DNA of 63,410 bases, from positions 1 to 63,410 of the forward strand of contig CACYHY010000002.1 in NCBI GenBank assembly GCA_902774305.1, read 5' to 3'. The DNA is from an uncultured Pseudomonadota bacterium (GTDB lineage Bacteria; Pseudomonadota; Alphaproteobacteria; Rs-D84). The position numbers were made by a program, and so were the translations under genes. Position 1 is the stretch's first letter. Each line of letters starts with the position of its first letter. Shown here piece after piece: positions 1 through 8,415 of this stretch. The notes under the pieces are model-generated. The model worked only from the letters and a program-made list of their open reading frames with translations. It did no database searches and was not told the origin of the DNA.

Positions 1-243
1 TTTAATGCATTAAAAAAGGTTAATGCATCGTCTTTGTTACTTATATTAATGCAGGATGATTTAGAAAAATCTGATTTTACAGGTCGTATTTATGGCGCTT
101 TGACAGAATGGGATGCGTACCCAAATATGGAATTGCATGTGATGTTAAATGAAAGTTATGGCAGAGCAGAGCAAGTATATCGTTTGGTTGCAGCTATGCG
201 TCCAGAGTTGTTAAACAAGTTGAAATTTTTTGTTAGTTACTGA
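1..243 (+). CDS. 3' end of an unidentified protein-coding gene (5' part outside the window)
   Basis: Frame open from base 1 to TGA at 241-243. Convergent with trmB. No family motif recognised. Confidence 0.4.
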   Translation, partial: FNALKKVNASSLLLILMQDDLEKSDFTGRIYGALTEWDAYPNMELHVMLNESYGRAEQVYRLVAAMRPELLNKLKFFVSY

Positions 244-875
244 TTAGTTAAAATCATATATTTTGGTGCGTCTGTTTCGGCCATATTTTTATTTTGGTAA
301 CGTGTATGAATTACAGAAAGTGGCGGAAACGATGCGTATAGCGAAGTTTTTGTTACTTCATTTTTTATCCAATCGAAATATTCCCAATGGTCTGTACCAA
401 TAATAATTTGACCATTTTTATCCAGATGTTCGCTTAACAATTTTAAAAAATCTGAATTTAATAAACGGCGTTTTTCATGACGTGCCTTGGGCCAAGGGTC
501 AGGATGTAAAACCCAAATTTCAGAAAATTTATAATTCGAATCGTGTAAAAGTTTACGTACATCATCCGGCCAAATACGAATATTTTTATATTCAGGTAAA
601 ATTTGATTATCCGATTCGTTTGTGATTGCAGAAAGTAGGGCCGCAACACCGTTCATAAATGGTTCTGCACCGATAATTATCGATTCGGGATTACGAATCG
701 ATAAATCGCGCATATGTTCACCATTACCAAAACCGATTTCCAAAATTAAATTACCGGTGTTTTTGATGTTTTTTGGCGAAAAAGCCGGCAAAACCGTTTC
801 CAGCAATGTTTGTTTGCGGGCGGATAATTTTTTGCCGTGTCTGCGACCAAATGTTCTTATTTCTTGTTTTTCCAT
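237..875 (-). CDS. trmB: tRNA (guanine-N7)-methyltransferase
   Basis: 212 aa. SAM-binding LEIGFGNGEH and the HPDPWPKxRHxKRRL signature typical of TrmB. Confidence 0.9.
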   Translation of the reverse strand: MEKQEIRTFGRRHGKKLSARKQTLLETVLPAFSPKNIKNTGNLILEIGFGNGEHMRDLSIRNPESIIIGAEPFMNGVAALLSAITNESDNQILPEYKNIRIWPDDVRKLLHDSNYKFSEIWVLHPDPWPKARHEKRRLLNSDFLKLLSEHLDKNGQIIIGTDHWEYFDWIKNEVTKTSLYASFPPLSVIHTRYQNKNMAETDAPKYMILTNQ

Positions 876-921
876 ATAATTAGTATAGAATCATAAAGTT
901 ATAAACACAAGGAAAACGAAA

Positions 922-2496
922 ATGCGTAATGGATTAAAACCAGATTTGATTGAACGCGTCTTGGGCGCAAAACCAAAATATACTATTGCAGAATTAGAGG
1001 AAAAATTTCCGGAACGTAATTTGCCAGATGGTGCATTTGTTACCCGATTCGCACCAAGTCCGACTGGATTTATGCATTTAGGTAATTTGTATAGTGCCTT
1101 GATTGATTTTAAACTGGCCTCTCAATCTGGTGGTGTGTTTATGTTACGTATAGAGGATACGGATACCAAGCGTGAAGTAGCAGGTGCGGTTGATATCGTT
1201 AAAAACACGATGCATCAGTTTGGTTTTAAGTATAATAATGATGAAAAATATGGACCGTATTTTCAATCGCAACGCAAAGATATTTATCGTTCGGTTGCAG
1301 CTGATTTATTGGCGCGCGGATTGGCGTATCCTTGTTTTTTAACTGCGGATGAAATGGAAGAAATTAGAGCAAAGCAAACAGCAGCAGGTTTTGCAACTGG
1401 TATTTATGGTGAATTTGCGCGTGACCGTGATATTACTGATGAAGAAATTATTGAACGTTTGGATAAAGGCGAGGTTCCATCGATTCGTTTGTATTCAACA
1501 GGAAATCCAGAGGTAAGAATTTTCTGTAAGGACGCTGTTCGTGGTTCTATATCTTTTCCAGAAAACAATGAAGATTTAGTTTTAATTAAATCAAATGATG
1601 GATTGCCAACATACCATTTTGCACATTTGTGCGATGATCACTTTATGCGAACAACACATGTTGTTCGTGGGGAAGAATGGTTGCCATCTTTGCCTTTACA
1701 TTATCAGTTGTACAGAATGATGGGGTGGACACCACCAATCTATATTCATACAGCAACTTTGGACAAGATAGATGCAGAAACGGGTAAACAACGTAAAATG
1801 TCCAAACGTAAAGATCCAGAAAATAATTTGGACTTTTTCTTGGGCGGTGGTTGGCCAACCGAGGCTTTGATTGAATATTTAGGTAATATTTTGGCATCTG
1901 GATACGAAGAAGCAAAATTAAAGGGTGCTGTAAAATCTTTTTGGGAATATGAAATGAAGCCGAAGAAAATTCCAATGTCTGGCGGCTTGTTTGATATGAA
2001 AAAATTAGAATGGTGGTCAAAAGAATATATTGCGACTTTGCCTGTGTCAGAATTGGTAAAAAATGTTGTCGATTGGGCAAATGAATACGGCGAAGACGTG
2101 CATAAAGAGCAAATCAAAGATATTGATTATTTGACTGGCGCATTGTCTATTGAACGTGATAATCCAAAACGCATTCGTAAAGATTTTATTACATGGAAAC
2201 AGACATTGTCTGAGATTTCTTATTTCTGGGATGGTTTGTTCCAACCAAATTGTGAATTCGAATTTAACAAAGATGCGTTAAATGAATTCTTGAATACTTT
2301 TGATATTGCAGATGATAAAGATACTTGGTGGAATAAGATTGTTGCTGTTGCAACAAAGTTGGGTGTTAAAAATGGCGATGTTGCGATGAGCTTGCGCGTT
2401 GCAGTAACAGGTCGTACGAATACACCAGATTTGTATTCTGTAATGCAGGTTATGGGCAAAGAAAGAGTCGTAACAAGAGTAAAAAATTCCATATAA
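922..2496 (+). CDS. gltX: glutamate--tRNA ligase
   Basis: 524 aa. Class I aaRS motifs PSPTGFMHLGNL (HIGH) and KMSKRK (KMSKS). GltX-like core. Confidence 0.88.
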   Translation: MRNGLKPDLIERVLGAKPKYTIAELEEKFPERNLPDGAFVTRFAPSPTGFMHLGNLYSALIDFKLASQSGGVFMLRIEDTDTKREVAGAVDIVKNTMHQFGFKYNNDEKYGPYFQSQRKDIYRSVAADLLARGLAYPCFLTADEMEEIRAKQTAAGFATGIYGEFARDRDITDEEIIERLDKGEVPSIRLYSTGNPEVRIFCKDAVRGSISFPENNEDLVLIKSNDGLPTYHFAHLCDDHFMRTTHVVRGEEWLPSLPLHYQLYRMMGWTPPIYIHTATLDKIDAETGKQRKMSKRKDPENNLDFFLGGGWPTEALIEYLGNILASGYEEAKLKGAVKSFWEYEMKPKKIPMSGGLFDMKKLEWWSKEYIATLPVSELVKNVVDWANEYGEDVHKEQIKDIDYLTGALSIERDNPKRIRKDFITWKQTLSEISYFWDGLFQPNCEFEFNKDALNEFLNTFDIADDKDTWWNKIVAVATKLGVKNGDVAMSLRVAVTGRTNTPDLYSVMQVMGKERVVTRVKNSI

Positions 2497-2512
2497 AAGT
2501 AGAGGTAAAGGA

Positions 2513-3292
2513 ATGACAAAAACTAAACGTGCGATTCGTGCGAAGTTAAAAAGTGTTAAAAAAGATGCGCATGCATCGCGTTTGTTGCGTGTATTGCAAG
2601 CAACTGGTTTATTCCGTTGGGAAAGACCTGTAACACATTCAGAATCTGTATTAAATATTTTAACACATGGAATTGGAATCGGATTGGCAATAGCAGGACT
2701 GGCGTTGTTGGTTGCATATGCTGTGTTATATCATAATGTATGGGCGGTTGTTTCGTGTTCTATATTTGGCGCAACAATGTTTTTTCTGTATTTTGGTTCA
2801 ACGATGTGCCATGCAATGATTGGTGAAAAGAGTGAATGTTTTTTTGAGGTTTGGGATAGTATCGCTATCTATGCGTTGATTGCTGGCACGTACACACCTT
2901 TTTTACTTGTTAATTTGAATCGCTGTCATCATATGGGATTAGGGTGGAGCGTTTTCGGTATAATGTGGGCGATTGTTATTTTTGGCGCGATTATGAAATT
3001 CAGAAATCCTCATAATCAACCAAAATGGGTTGTCAGTTTATATTTGGTTATGGGATGGGCATTGGTTTGGATTTTGCCGGCTATGTTGCAAACAATTTCT
3101 GCACGTGGAATGTGGTTTGTTTTGGCAGGTGGTTTGTCATATTCAGTCGGGGTGATTTTCTATCTGTGGCGTAAAATGAAATTTTCGCATGCGTTATGGC
3201 ATTTGTTTGTTATAGGCGGTAGTGTGTGTTTCTTTTTTGCTGTTTTATATGGCAGTATAATTGATTTTCCATTGCCAGTGTGTTTGAATTAA
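2513..3292 (+). CDS. hemolysin III / PAQR family membrane protein
   Basis: 259 aa, about 7 hydrophobic helices. Conserved His-containing end motifs (HGIGIG..., HALWHLFVIGG) typical of the YqfA/HlyIII family. Confidence 0.85.
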   Translation: MTKTKRAIRAKLKSVKKDAHASRLLRVLQATGLFRWERPVTHSESVLNILTHGIGIGLAIAGLALLVAYAVLYHNVWAVVSCSIFGATMFFLYFGSTMCHAMIGEKSECFFEVWDSIAIYALIAGTYTPFLLVNLNRCHHMGLGWSVFGIMWAIVIFGAIMKFRNPHNQPKWVVSLYLVMGWALVWILPAMLQTISARGMWFVLAGGLSYSVGVIFYLWRKMKFSHALWHLFVIGGSVCFFFAVLYGSIIDFPLPVCLN

Positions 3293-3294
3293 AA

Positions 3295-3319
3295 AATGGG
3301 CATAAAGCCCATTTTTTTT
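3295..3319. terminator. bidirectional intrinsic terminator
   Basis: Hairpin aatgggc-ataaa-gcccatt flanked by an A-run and a T8-run, between convergent genes. Confidence 0.75.
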
Positions 3320-4073
3320 ATTTTACATTCACATTAAATTCGTCACCATATGTTGCCACGGTCTGACCACCTATCGTACATTTTAAGTGTTCAAATCCAG
3401 ATTTTATTTGGTGACTTTTAATAATTTTGCTGGTTACAACACCGCCAATTGTCCCCAATACCACGCCAGCAATAGAATCTGATGCAAGACGTGCAGTGTT
3501 AAAGTTGCCTTTGTCGTCTTTCCAAACAGAACTATCTGAAAAATGCAGTTCTAAAATTGTGTCCAGACTATCAAATACTGATGTGACATGGCATTGGGTT
3601 TCCGAAGTACAAGAAACGCCCGAAGGAATAATAATTGGTTCTGGGGTAATAATTGGACTGGGGGCTATCGGGGGTGTTTTTGGCGGGTTGTTTGGTGTAA
3701 CAACTTCTTCTTGGCAGCCTGTGTTTGCATCAATACCTGGACGATAGTTTTTTACCAATATCGCTTTACAATTTTTATTTTTGTTGTTTGTACAGTATTT
3801 ATCGCAATATGCTTGGGCTTGGGCATATCCGTCTTTACACTTTGTAGCGGTGCAGGTGAGTTCGTCTTTGTCGCCGCATCCAACAAGATTTTTACAGGTC
3901 GCAGTTAATGCGCCTGTGACCCGAGATGCACAATTGTCGCCATCCTTTAGATTTTTGCATTTACCTACATAAGAGTTATCGCGTTCAGCGGGGCAAAGTT
4001 TAGTGTCCGCATAGCTGGGTAACACACAAAATGTGTTTAATACAATTGGAATTAATATCAGCAATGATTTCAT
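3318..4073 (-). CDS. exported Cys-rich protein with Pro-rich linker and C-terminal glycine-zipper segment (unknown function)
   Basis: Track ORF is 3318-4124. The ATG at 4073 gives signal peptide MKSLLILIPIVLNTFCVLPSYA. It has many Cys in the N-terminal half, the linker PPKTPPIAPSPIITPEP, and the segment IAGVVLGTIGGVVTS. Confidence 0.6.
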   Translation of the reverse strand: MKSLLILIPIVLNTFCVLPSYADTKLCPAERDNSYVGKCKNLKDGDNCASRVTGALTATCKNLVGCGDKDELTCTATKCKDGYAQAQAYCDKYCTNNKNKNCKAILVKNYRPGIDANTGCQEEVVTPNNPPKTPPIAPSPIITPEPIIIPSGVSCTSETQCHVTSVFDSLDTILELHFSDSSVWKDDKGNFNTARLASDSIAGVVLGTIGGVVTSKIIKSHQIKSGFEHLKCTIGGQTVATYGDEFNVNVK

Positions 4074-4249
4074 TTTAGACAAACCCCTACCACAAAATTT
4101 TACCATATTTTGACTTTTTTGCAAAATTGAAAGTTATAGAACATTTGACTTTTTATTTATATTGTCTTATCATATGGATATGTTTTATAAGAAATTTATC
4201 TTTACTGCTACCGTTTTCACAACCCCTTTGGGGGTCTAGGTGTTATTAC

Positions 4250-4278
4250 TTGCACAAAAATTTAGTGCGTATTATAAT
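4250..4278 (+). promoter_or_regulatory. sigma70-type promoter of thrS
   Basis: TTGCAC (4250-4255), 17-nt spacer, TATAAT (4273-4278), about 50 nt upstream of the thrS ATG. Confidence 0.55.
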
Positions 4279-4329
4279 TCAAAACAATTTCGAAAATAAA
4301 AAACAAATAGAATAAAAAAGGTAGTTATT

Positions 4330-6063
4330 ATGTCTTATCCAATTGAATTAATTCGTCACTCGCTGGCACACGTTATGGCAGCGGCTGTGAAAAAGTTGCA
4401 CCCGGATGTTAAGTTTGCGGGTGGTCCGGCTATTGAAAACGGATTTTATTATGATTTTGATACCGAATACAGATTTTCCGAGGAAGATTTTGCGGCTATT
4501 GAAAAAGAAATGCGTGAATTGATTAAATCAAATGGTCGGTTCGAACAAAAAATTGTTGATTTGGCCGAGGCTAAACAGATTTTCGCAGATCAACCATATA
4601 AAATGGAATGGTTAAACGAATATGATGCCGCAGGCGAAAAGTTATCAATTTATACTTTCCGTGACTTTACGGATTTGTGTCGTGGTCCACACGTTGAATC
4701 ATCAAAAGATTTGCCAAGGGACGGTTTTAAAATCAGAACGGTTGCTGGTGCGTATTGGAAGGGCGATTCTAAAAATAAAATGTTGCAACGTATCTATGTT
4801 GATGCATTTGCTAGCAAAGAAGAATTAGAAGAGTTCTTGAAAATGCAAGAAGAAGCAGCAAAGCGTGACAATCGTAAATTGGGCAAAGAGATGGATTTGT
4901 TCCATTTTGAACCAGAATATGCCCCTGGGGCTGTATTTTGGCACGATAAAGGCTTTAAGGTTTATCGTCGTTTGATTGACTTTATCCGCGAAACACAGAA
5001 TCGTTTTGGTTATTTGGAAATTTCAACCCCAACGGTTATGGAACGTTCTTTGTGGGAAAGATCTGGCCACTGGGCAAAATATGCAAGCCACAATTATTCC
5101 GGTAAAACTTTGGATGGTAAAGATTTCTGTGTGAAACCTATGTCTTGTCCAGGTGGAATGTTGGTATATGCCCAAGGTATTAAATCATACAAGGATTTGC
5201 CTTTGTATCTGGCTGAATTCGGTAAAGTGAATCGTTATGAAGCGTCTGGTGCGTTGGCGGGTTTGATGCGTGTACGTGAATTGACACAAGACGATGCACA
5301 TATATTCTGCACAGAAGATCAAATGCAGGAAGAGGTTATCAAAGCTTTGAATTTGATAAAAGATATCTATAGCAAATTAGGATTTACAAAAATCTTGTTT
5401 GATTTAGAAACTCGTCCTGATAGTGAATTTAGAATCGGTAGTGATGAAGTGTGGGATTTTGCCGAAGATACTTTGCGTAAAGCTTTGGATACTGCCGGTG
5501 TAGAATACATCGTTGCCGAAGGCGAGGGCGCGTTCTATGGACCAAAAATTTGTGCATATTTGTGGGATGCAATTGGTCGTAAATGGCAATGCGGTACAGT
5601 GCAATTAGATATGAATTTGCCAGAAAGATTTGATTTGTCTTATATTGGCGAAGATGGTGAAAAACACCGTCCAATTATGTTGCACCGTGCTATGTTGGGT
5701 TCTATTGAAAGATTCTTTGGAATTTTGTTGGAATCCACGGGTGGTAATTTGCCATTATGGTTGTCACCAGAACCGGTGGTTGTGGTGCCTGTATCCGAAA
5801 AGTATCGTGAATATGCGGAAAAGGTTGTCGCTGATTTGCGTGCTGCGGGTGTTTATACTCGTGCTGATTTACGTGATGAAAAGGTAAATTATAAAGTGCG
5901 CGAATTATCGTTGTCTAAAACACCAATTATCGCAGTTGTCGGTGAAAAAGAACAAGCTGATAAAACGGTAACTTTGCGACGTTTAGGTGTCGAAAAGCAA
6001 GAAGTGATAAGTTTGGCAGACTTTGTGTCGCAAATGGCTGATGCAATAAAAATGCCTGCTTAA
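4330..6063 (+). CDS. thrS: threonine--tRNA ligase (no N-terminal TGS domain)
   Basis: 577 aa. Starts directly in the editing/SAD region (IRHSLAHVMAAAV..GPAIENGFYYDFD). Class II core present (FRDxxxLCRGPH, MSCPGG, RVRELTQDDAHIF). Confidence 0.92.
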   Translation: MSYPIELIRHSLAHVMAAAVKKLHPDVKFAGGPAIENGFYYDFDTEYRFSEEDFAAIEKEMRELIKSNGRFEQKIVDLAEAKQIFADQPYKMEWLNEYDAAGEKLSIYTFRDFTDLCRGPHVESSKDLPRDGFKIRTVAGAYWKGDSKNKMLQRIYVDAFASKEELEEFLKMQEEAAKRDNRKLGKEMDLFHFEPEYAPGAVFWHDKGFKVYRRLIDFIRETQNRFGYLEISTPTVMERSLWERSGHWAKYASHNYSGKTLDGKDFCVKPMSCPGGMLVYAQGIKSYKDLPLYLAEFGKVNRYEASGALAGLMRVRELTQDDAHIFCTEDQMQEEVIKALNLIKDIYSKLGFTKILFDLETRPDSEFRIGSDEVWDFAEDTLRKALDTAGVEYIVAEGEGAFYGPKICAYLWDAIGRKWQCGTVQLDMNLPERFDLSYIGEDGEKHRPIMLHRAMLGSIERFFGILLESTGGNLPLWLSPEPVVVVPVSEKYREYAEKVVADLRAAGVYTRADLRDEKVNYKVRELSLSKTPIIAVVGEKEQADKTVTLRRLGVEKQEVISLADFVSQMADAIKMPA

Positions 6064-6247
6064 TAAAATGTATTGCCCCAGTCGTTTGATTGGGGGCATA
6101 ATTTAAAAAAATAATGGACATCTGCTTGTTGTTTATTCGTTTATGTAGCATTCGTACACTGCACTCGTAAACCACCACGCATCTGTCTCATTATTTTTCT
6201 AAATAGCGATAAGTATCTATTTATCTTTTACTAAAAAGGAAAAAGAG

Positions 6248-6388
6248 ATGAAAAAGTTTGTGTTATTTAGTTTGTTTGTGGCGGTATTGGGGTGTTTGTC
6301 TGCTTGTTGTAATTGCGAAACAGAACCATTAGTTGAACAAAATCATAAATTGATTGTGCCACCAAACTTTGGAAATATGCCAAAATAA
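6248..6388 (+). CDS. small predicted lipoprotein (46 aa), not in the ORF track
   Basis: RBS aaaaggaaaaagag precedes the ATG at 6248. Product is MKKFVLFSLFVAVLGCLSACC... with a lipobox-like LGC/SAC and the C-terminal motif LIVPPNFGNMPK. Stop at 6386-6388. Confidence 0.45.
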   Translation: MKKFVLFSLFVAVLGCLSACCNCETEPLVEQNHKLIVPPNFGNMPK

Positions 6389-6416
6389 ATTTGAGCTTGC
6401 GATTTGTTTTAATGTA

Positions 6417-6432
6417 TTTTTTATGATATAAT
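6417..6432 (+). promoter_or_regulatory. extended -10 promoter module TTTTTTATGATATAAT
   Basis: TG-n-TATAAT with an upstream T-tract, 34 nt upstream of the SPOR gene. The identical 16-mer recurs at 20813 and 62232. Confidence 0.5.
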
Positions 6433-6465
6433 ATCCCTTAGATAGGAAATCTAAGGGAGTTTTTT

Positions 6466-7248
6466 ATGAATAGCGAAGACAATACAAATTTGGATTTATT
6501 AGATTTGGATGGTGATACATCTGATTCTTTACCAGAGGTTGCTTTTACAACACCACGTCCAAAAAAACCATGGCTTTTGTTGGGAATAGGGCTGGTCGTG
6601 ATTGCTTTGGCAACATATATTATTGTACGGACAGTTGGTGGTAATTCGTCTTCGACTGTTGAAATTGATTTGGATGCTGCACCAGAGGTTATTGTTGATG
6701 GTGGTGATATGCCAATGCCACAACCAATGCCAGATGTGAATCCACAACCATTACCAATGCCTCCAGTGCAAACTGCACCAGTTGTGCAACCGCAGCCAGA
6801 GGCTGTACCACAAAAAACAGCACCTGTTGTGACAGAACCAGAACCAAATGTTCGTGTTGTTGAAGACAGACGTGAGGTCGTGTTTAATCCAGAAAAACCT
6901 GTGGTTGAACCAAAGCCTGTTGTTAAAAAAGCAGAAGTAAAACCTGTGGCGAAAAAAGCAGCGCAGAAACCAGCCGTTAAAAAAGCAGAAAAGACATCTG
7001 GTGGGGCAGCTTGGTATGTTCAGTTCGGTTCATATGCAACCAGAGATGCAGCAAATGCAGCTGGAAGTAAAATGCGTGCTGCGCACAGCAGTTTGTTCGC
7101 AGGTAAACAATTTGTTGTTTTGGCATCTGTGTTAAAAGATGGCCGGACAACATACAGATTGCGTGTGGCATTTAATAATGTTAATGATGCAAATGGATTT
7201 TGTCGTAATGCTAAATCAGATGGTTTAGATTGTTACGTGGCCAAATAA
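6466..7248 (+). CDS. SPOR domain-containing membrane protein
   Basis: 260 aa. N-terminal TM helix, Pro-rich linker (PMPQPMPDVNPQPLPMPP), and a C-terminal SPOR-like WYVQFGSY...YRLRV fold signature. Confidence 0.8.
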   Translation: MNSEDNTNLDLLDLDGDTSDSLPEVAFTTPRPKKPWLLLGIGLVVIALATYIIVRTVGGNSSSTVEIDLDAAPEVIVDGGDMPMPQPMPDVNPQPLPMPPVQTAPVVQPQPEAVPQKTAPVVTEPEPNVRVVEDRREVVFNPEKPVVEPKPVVKKAEVKPVAKKAAQKPAVKKAEKTSGGAAWYVQFGSYATRDAANAAGSKMRAAHSSLFAGKQFVVLASVLKDGRTTYRLRVAFNNVNDANGFCRNAKSDGLDCYVAK

Positions 7249-7260
7249 AGGAGCATATAG

Positions 7261-7509
7261 ATGAGATTAGGTTGGCTTGAAATACTTGTTATTGTCTTGT
7301 TGGTGTTCATTTTGTTTGGACATAGTAAGATACCAAGTATGATGAAAAATTTAGCTGATGGTATTAATGTTTTTAAGCGCGAATTGAAAACAACGTCAAA
7401 AAAGACAGAAAAAAAGTCTGATTTGGTTGAAGACGATTCTAAACCAGCACCTAAAAAGGCAAAAAAAGCTGTTAAAAAACGCTCTGTTAAAAATAAAGTA
7501 AAAAAATAA
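7261..7509 (+). CDS. tatA: twin-arginine translocase subunit TatA/E
   Basis: 82 aa. Single TM plus amphipathic helix (LEILVIVLLVFILFGHSKIPSMMKNLADGI) and a Lys-rich tail. Confidence 0.85.
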   Translation: MRLGWLEILVIVLLVFILFGHSKIPSMMKNLADGINVFKRELKTTSKKTEKKSDLVEDDSKPAPKKAKKAVKKRSVKNKVKK

Positions 7510-7573
7510 TATTTTATACTTGATTCGGTTTTATAAAATTTACTATCATCTGTGTAAGGGGAAAAAGTAAATA

Positions 7574-7900
7574 ATGAGACCGAGAGTGGTAATTTTCAGT
7601 TTTTTGTTGGTTTCCTGCATGCTTTGTGGTGTTGGAACTGCTTTTGCTGCCGGTGCTGGTGCAAAGATTGCTACGACAAATTTTGTTGATACCAGAATAC
7701 AACGCGACACCAGTGGTAATATAACAATAAATAATTCGACCAGTGGATCAAAGGTTACTGTGGCTAATAATCCTAGTACCTCGAATATTACCACTAATTC
7801 GAAAGAAGTTGCGACTGTTGGTTGGGCGGATAGTAATAGAACGTCCAAAGTTCGTGATGGTCAAAGTGGTAGTACTTTGGTTGATATGTGGATTGAGTAA
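7574..7900 (+). CDS. small exported Thr/Asn/Ser-rich protein (unknown function)
   Basis: 108 aa. Signal peptide ending GTAFAAGAG. Motif KIATTNFVDTRI. Followed by a strong terminator. Confidence 0.55.
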   Translation: MRPRVVIFSFLLVSCMLCGVGTAFAAGAGAKIATTNFVDTRIQRDTSGNITINNSTSGSKVTVANNPSTSNITTNSKEVATVGWADSNRTSKVRDGQSGSTLVDMWIE

Positions 7901-7916
7901 AGGTTTAAGAATTTAT

Positions 7917-7951
7917 AAAAAACTGGGTTATTTTTGTAACCCAGTTTTTTT
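7917..7951. terminator. bidirectional intrinsic terminator
   Basis: ctgggtta / taacccag hairpin with an A-run upstream and a T7-run downstream, between convergent genes. Confidence 0.75.
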
Positions 7952-7964
7952 GTTTTTTTAGTAA

Positions 7965-8396
7965 TTATTTATTGCGAGCTTCGTATTCTTCTTGTTCTTC
8001 GGTTGTCATAGTCGCCAAAGGACGTGCCAACAGGCGAGATATACCAATTTCATCGCCAGAAATAATACTGTAACCAAAAGTGTCGTTTTCTAATCTGTCC
8101 AAAGCAGCATTAATTTTTTTCAATAATTTGCTGTCACGTTCAGACATACGCAAATTCATGGTTAAAGCCTGTTCTTGGGATGCGTTGTCAGCCTCGTCAC
8201 CACCACCAGCGTTTTCATTCACTTCTGCATTACGAACAGTGTTTAATACATCTGTATTACCAGAAGTTAATTCTTGCTTTTGTGCAAGCAGAATTTGATA
8301 AAAATACGCCTTTTGCTCTGGACACATATATGGTTCAGATTTTTTTGGGACATATTTTGCTGGTAATTCTAATTTTTTATAGTCTTGTTTTGCCAT
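7965..8396 (-). CDS. dksA: DksA-family RNA polymerase-binding regulator (Cys-free variant)
   Basis: 143 aa. Coiled-coil tip DEADNA (DxxDxA). C-terminal FGYSIISGDEIGISRLLARP aligns to the DksA zinc-finger region, but all four Cys are replaced. Confidence 0.78.
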   Translation of the reverse strand: MAKQDYKKLELPAKYVPKKSEPYMCPEQKAYFYQILLAQKQELTSGNTDVLNTVRNAEVNENAGGGDEADNASQEQALTMNLRMSERDSKLLKKINAALDRLENDTFGYSIISGDEIGISRLLARPLATMTTEEQEEYEARNK

Positions 8397-8415
8397 GATA
8401 TTGTTCCTTGGTTTA

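Noticed and set aside
4127-4315. 62-aa ORF in the thrS upstream region
   Set aside because: It contains the thrS promoter (TTGCAC-N17-TATAAT), has no RBS, and its hydrophobic composition is driven by AT-richness.
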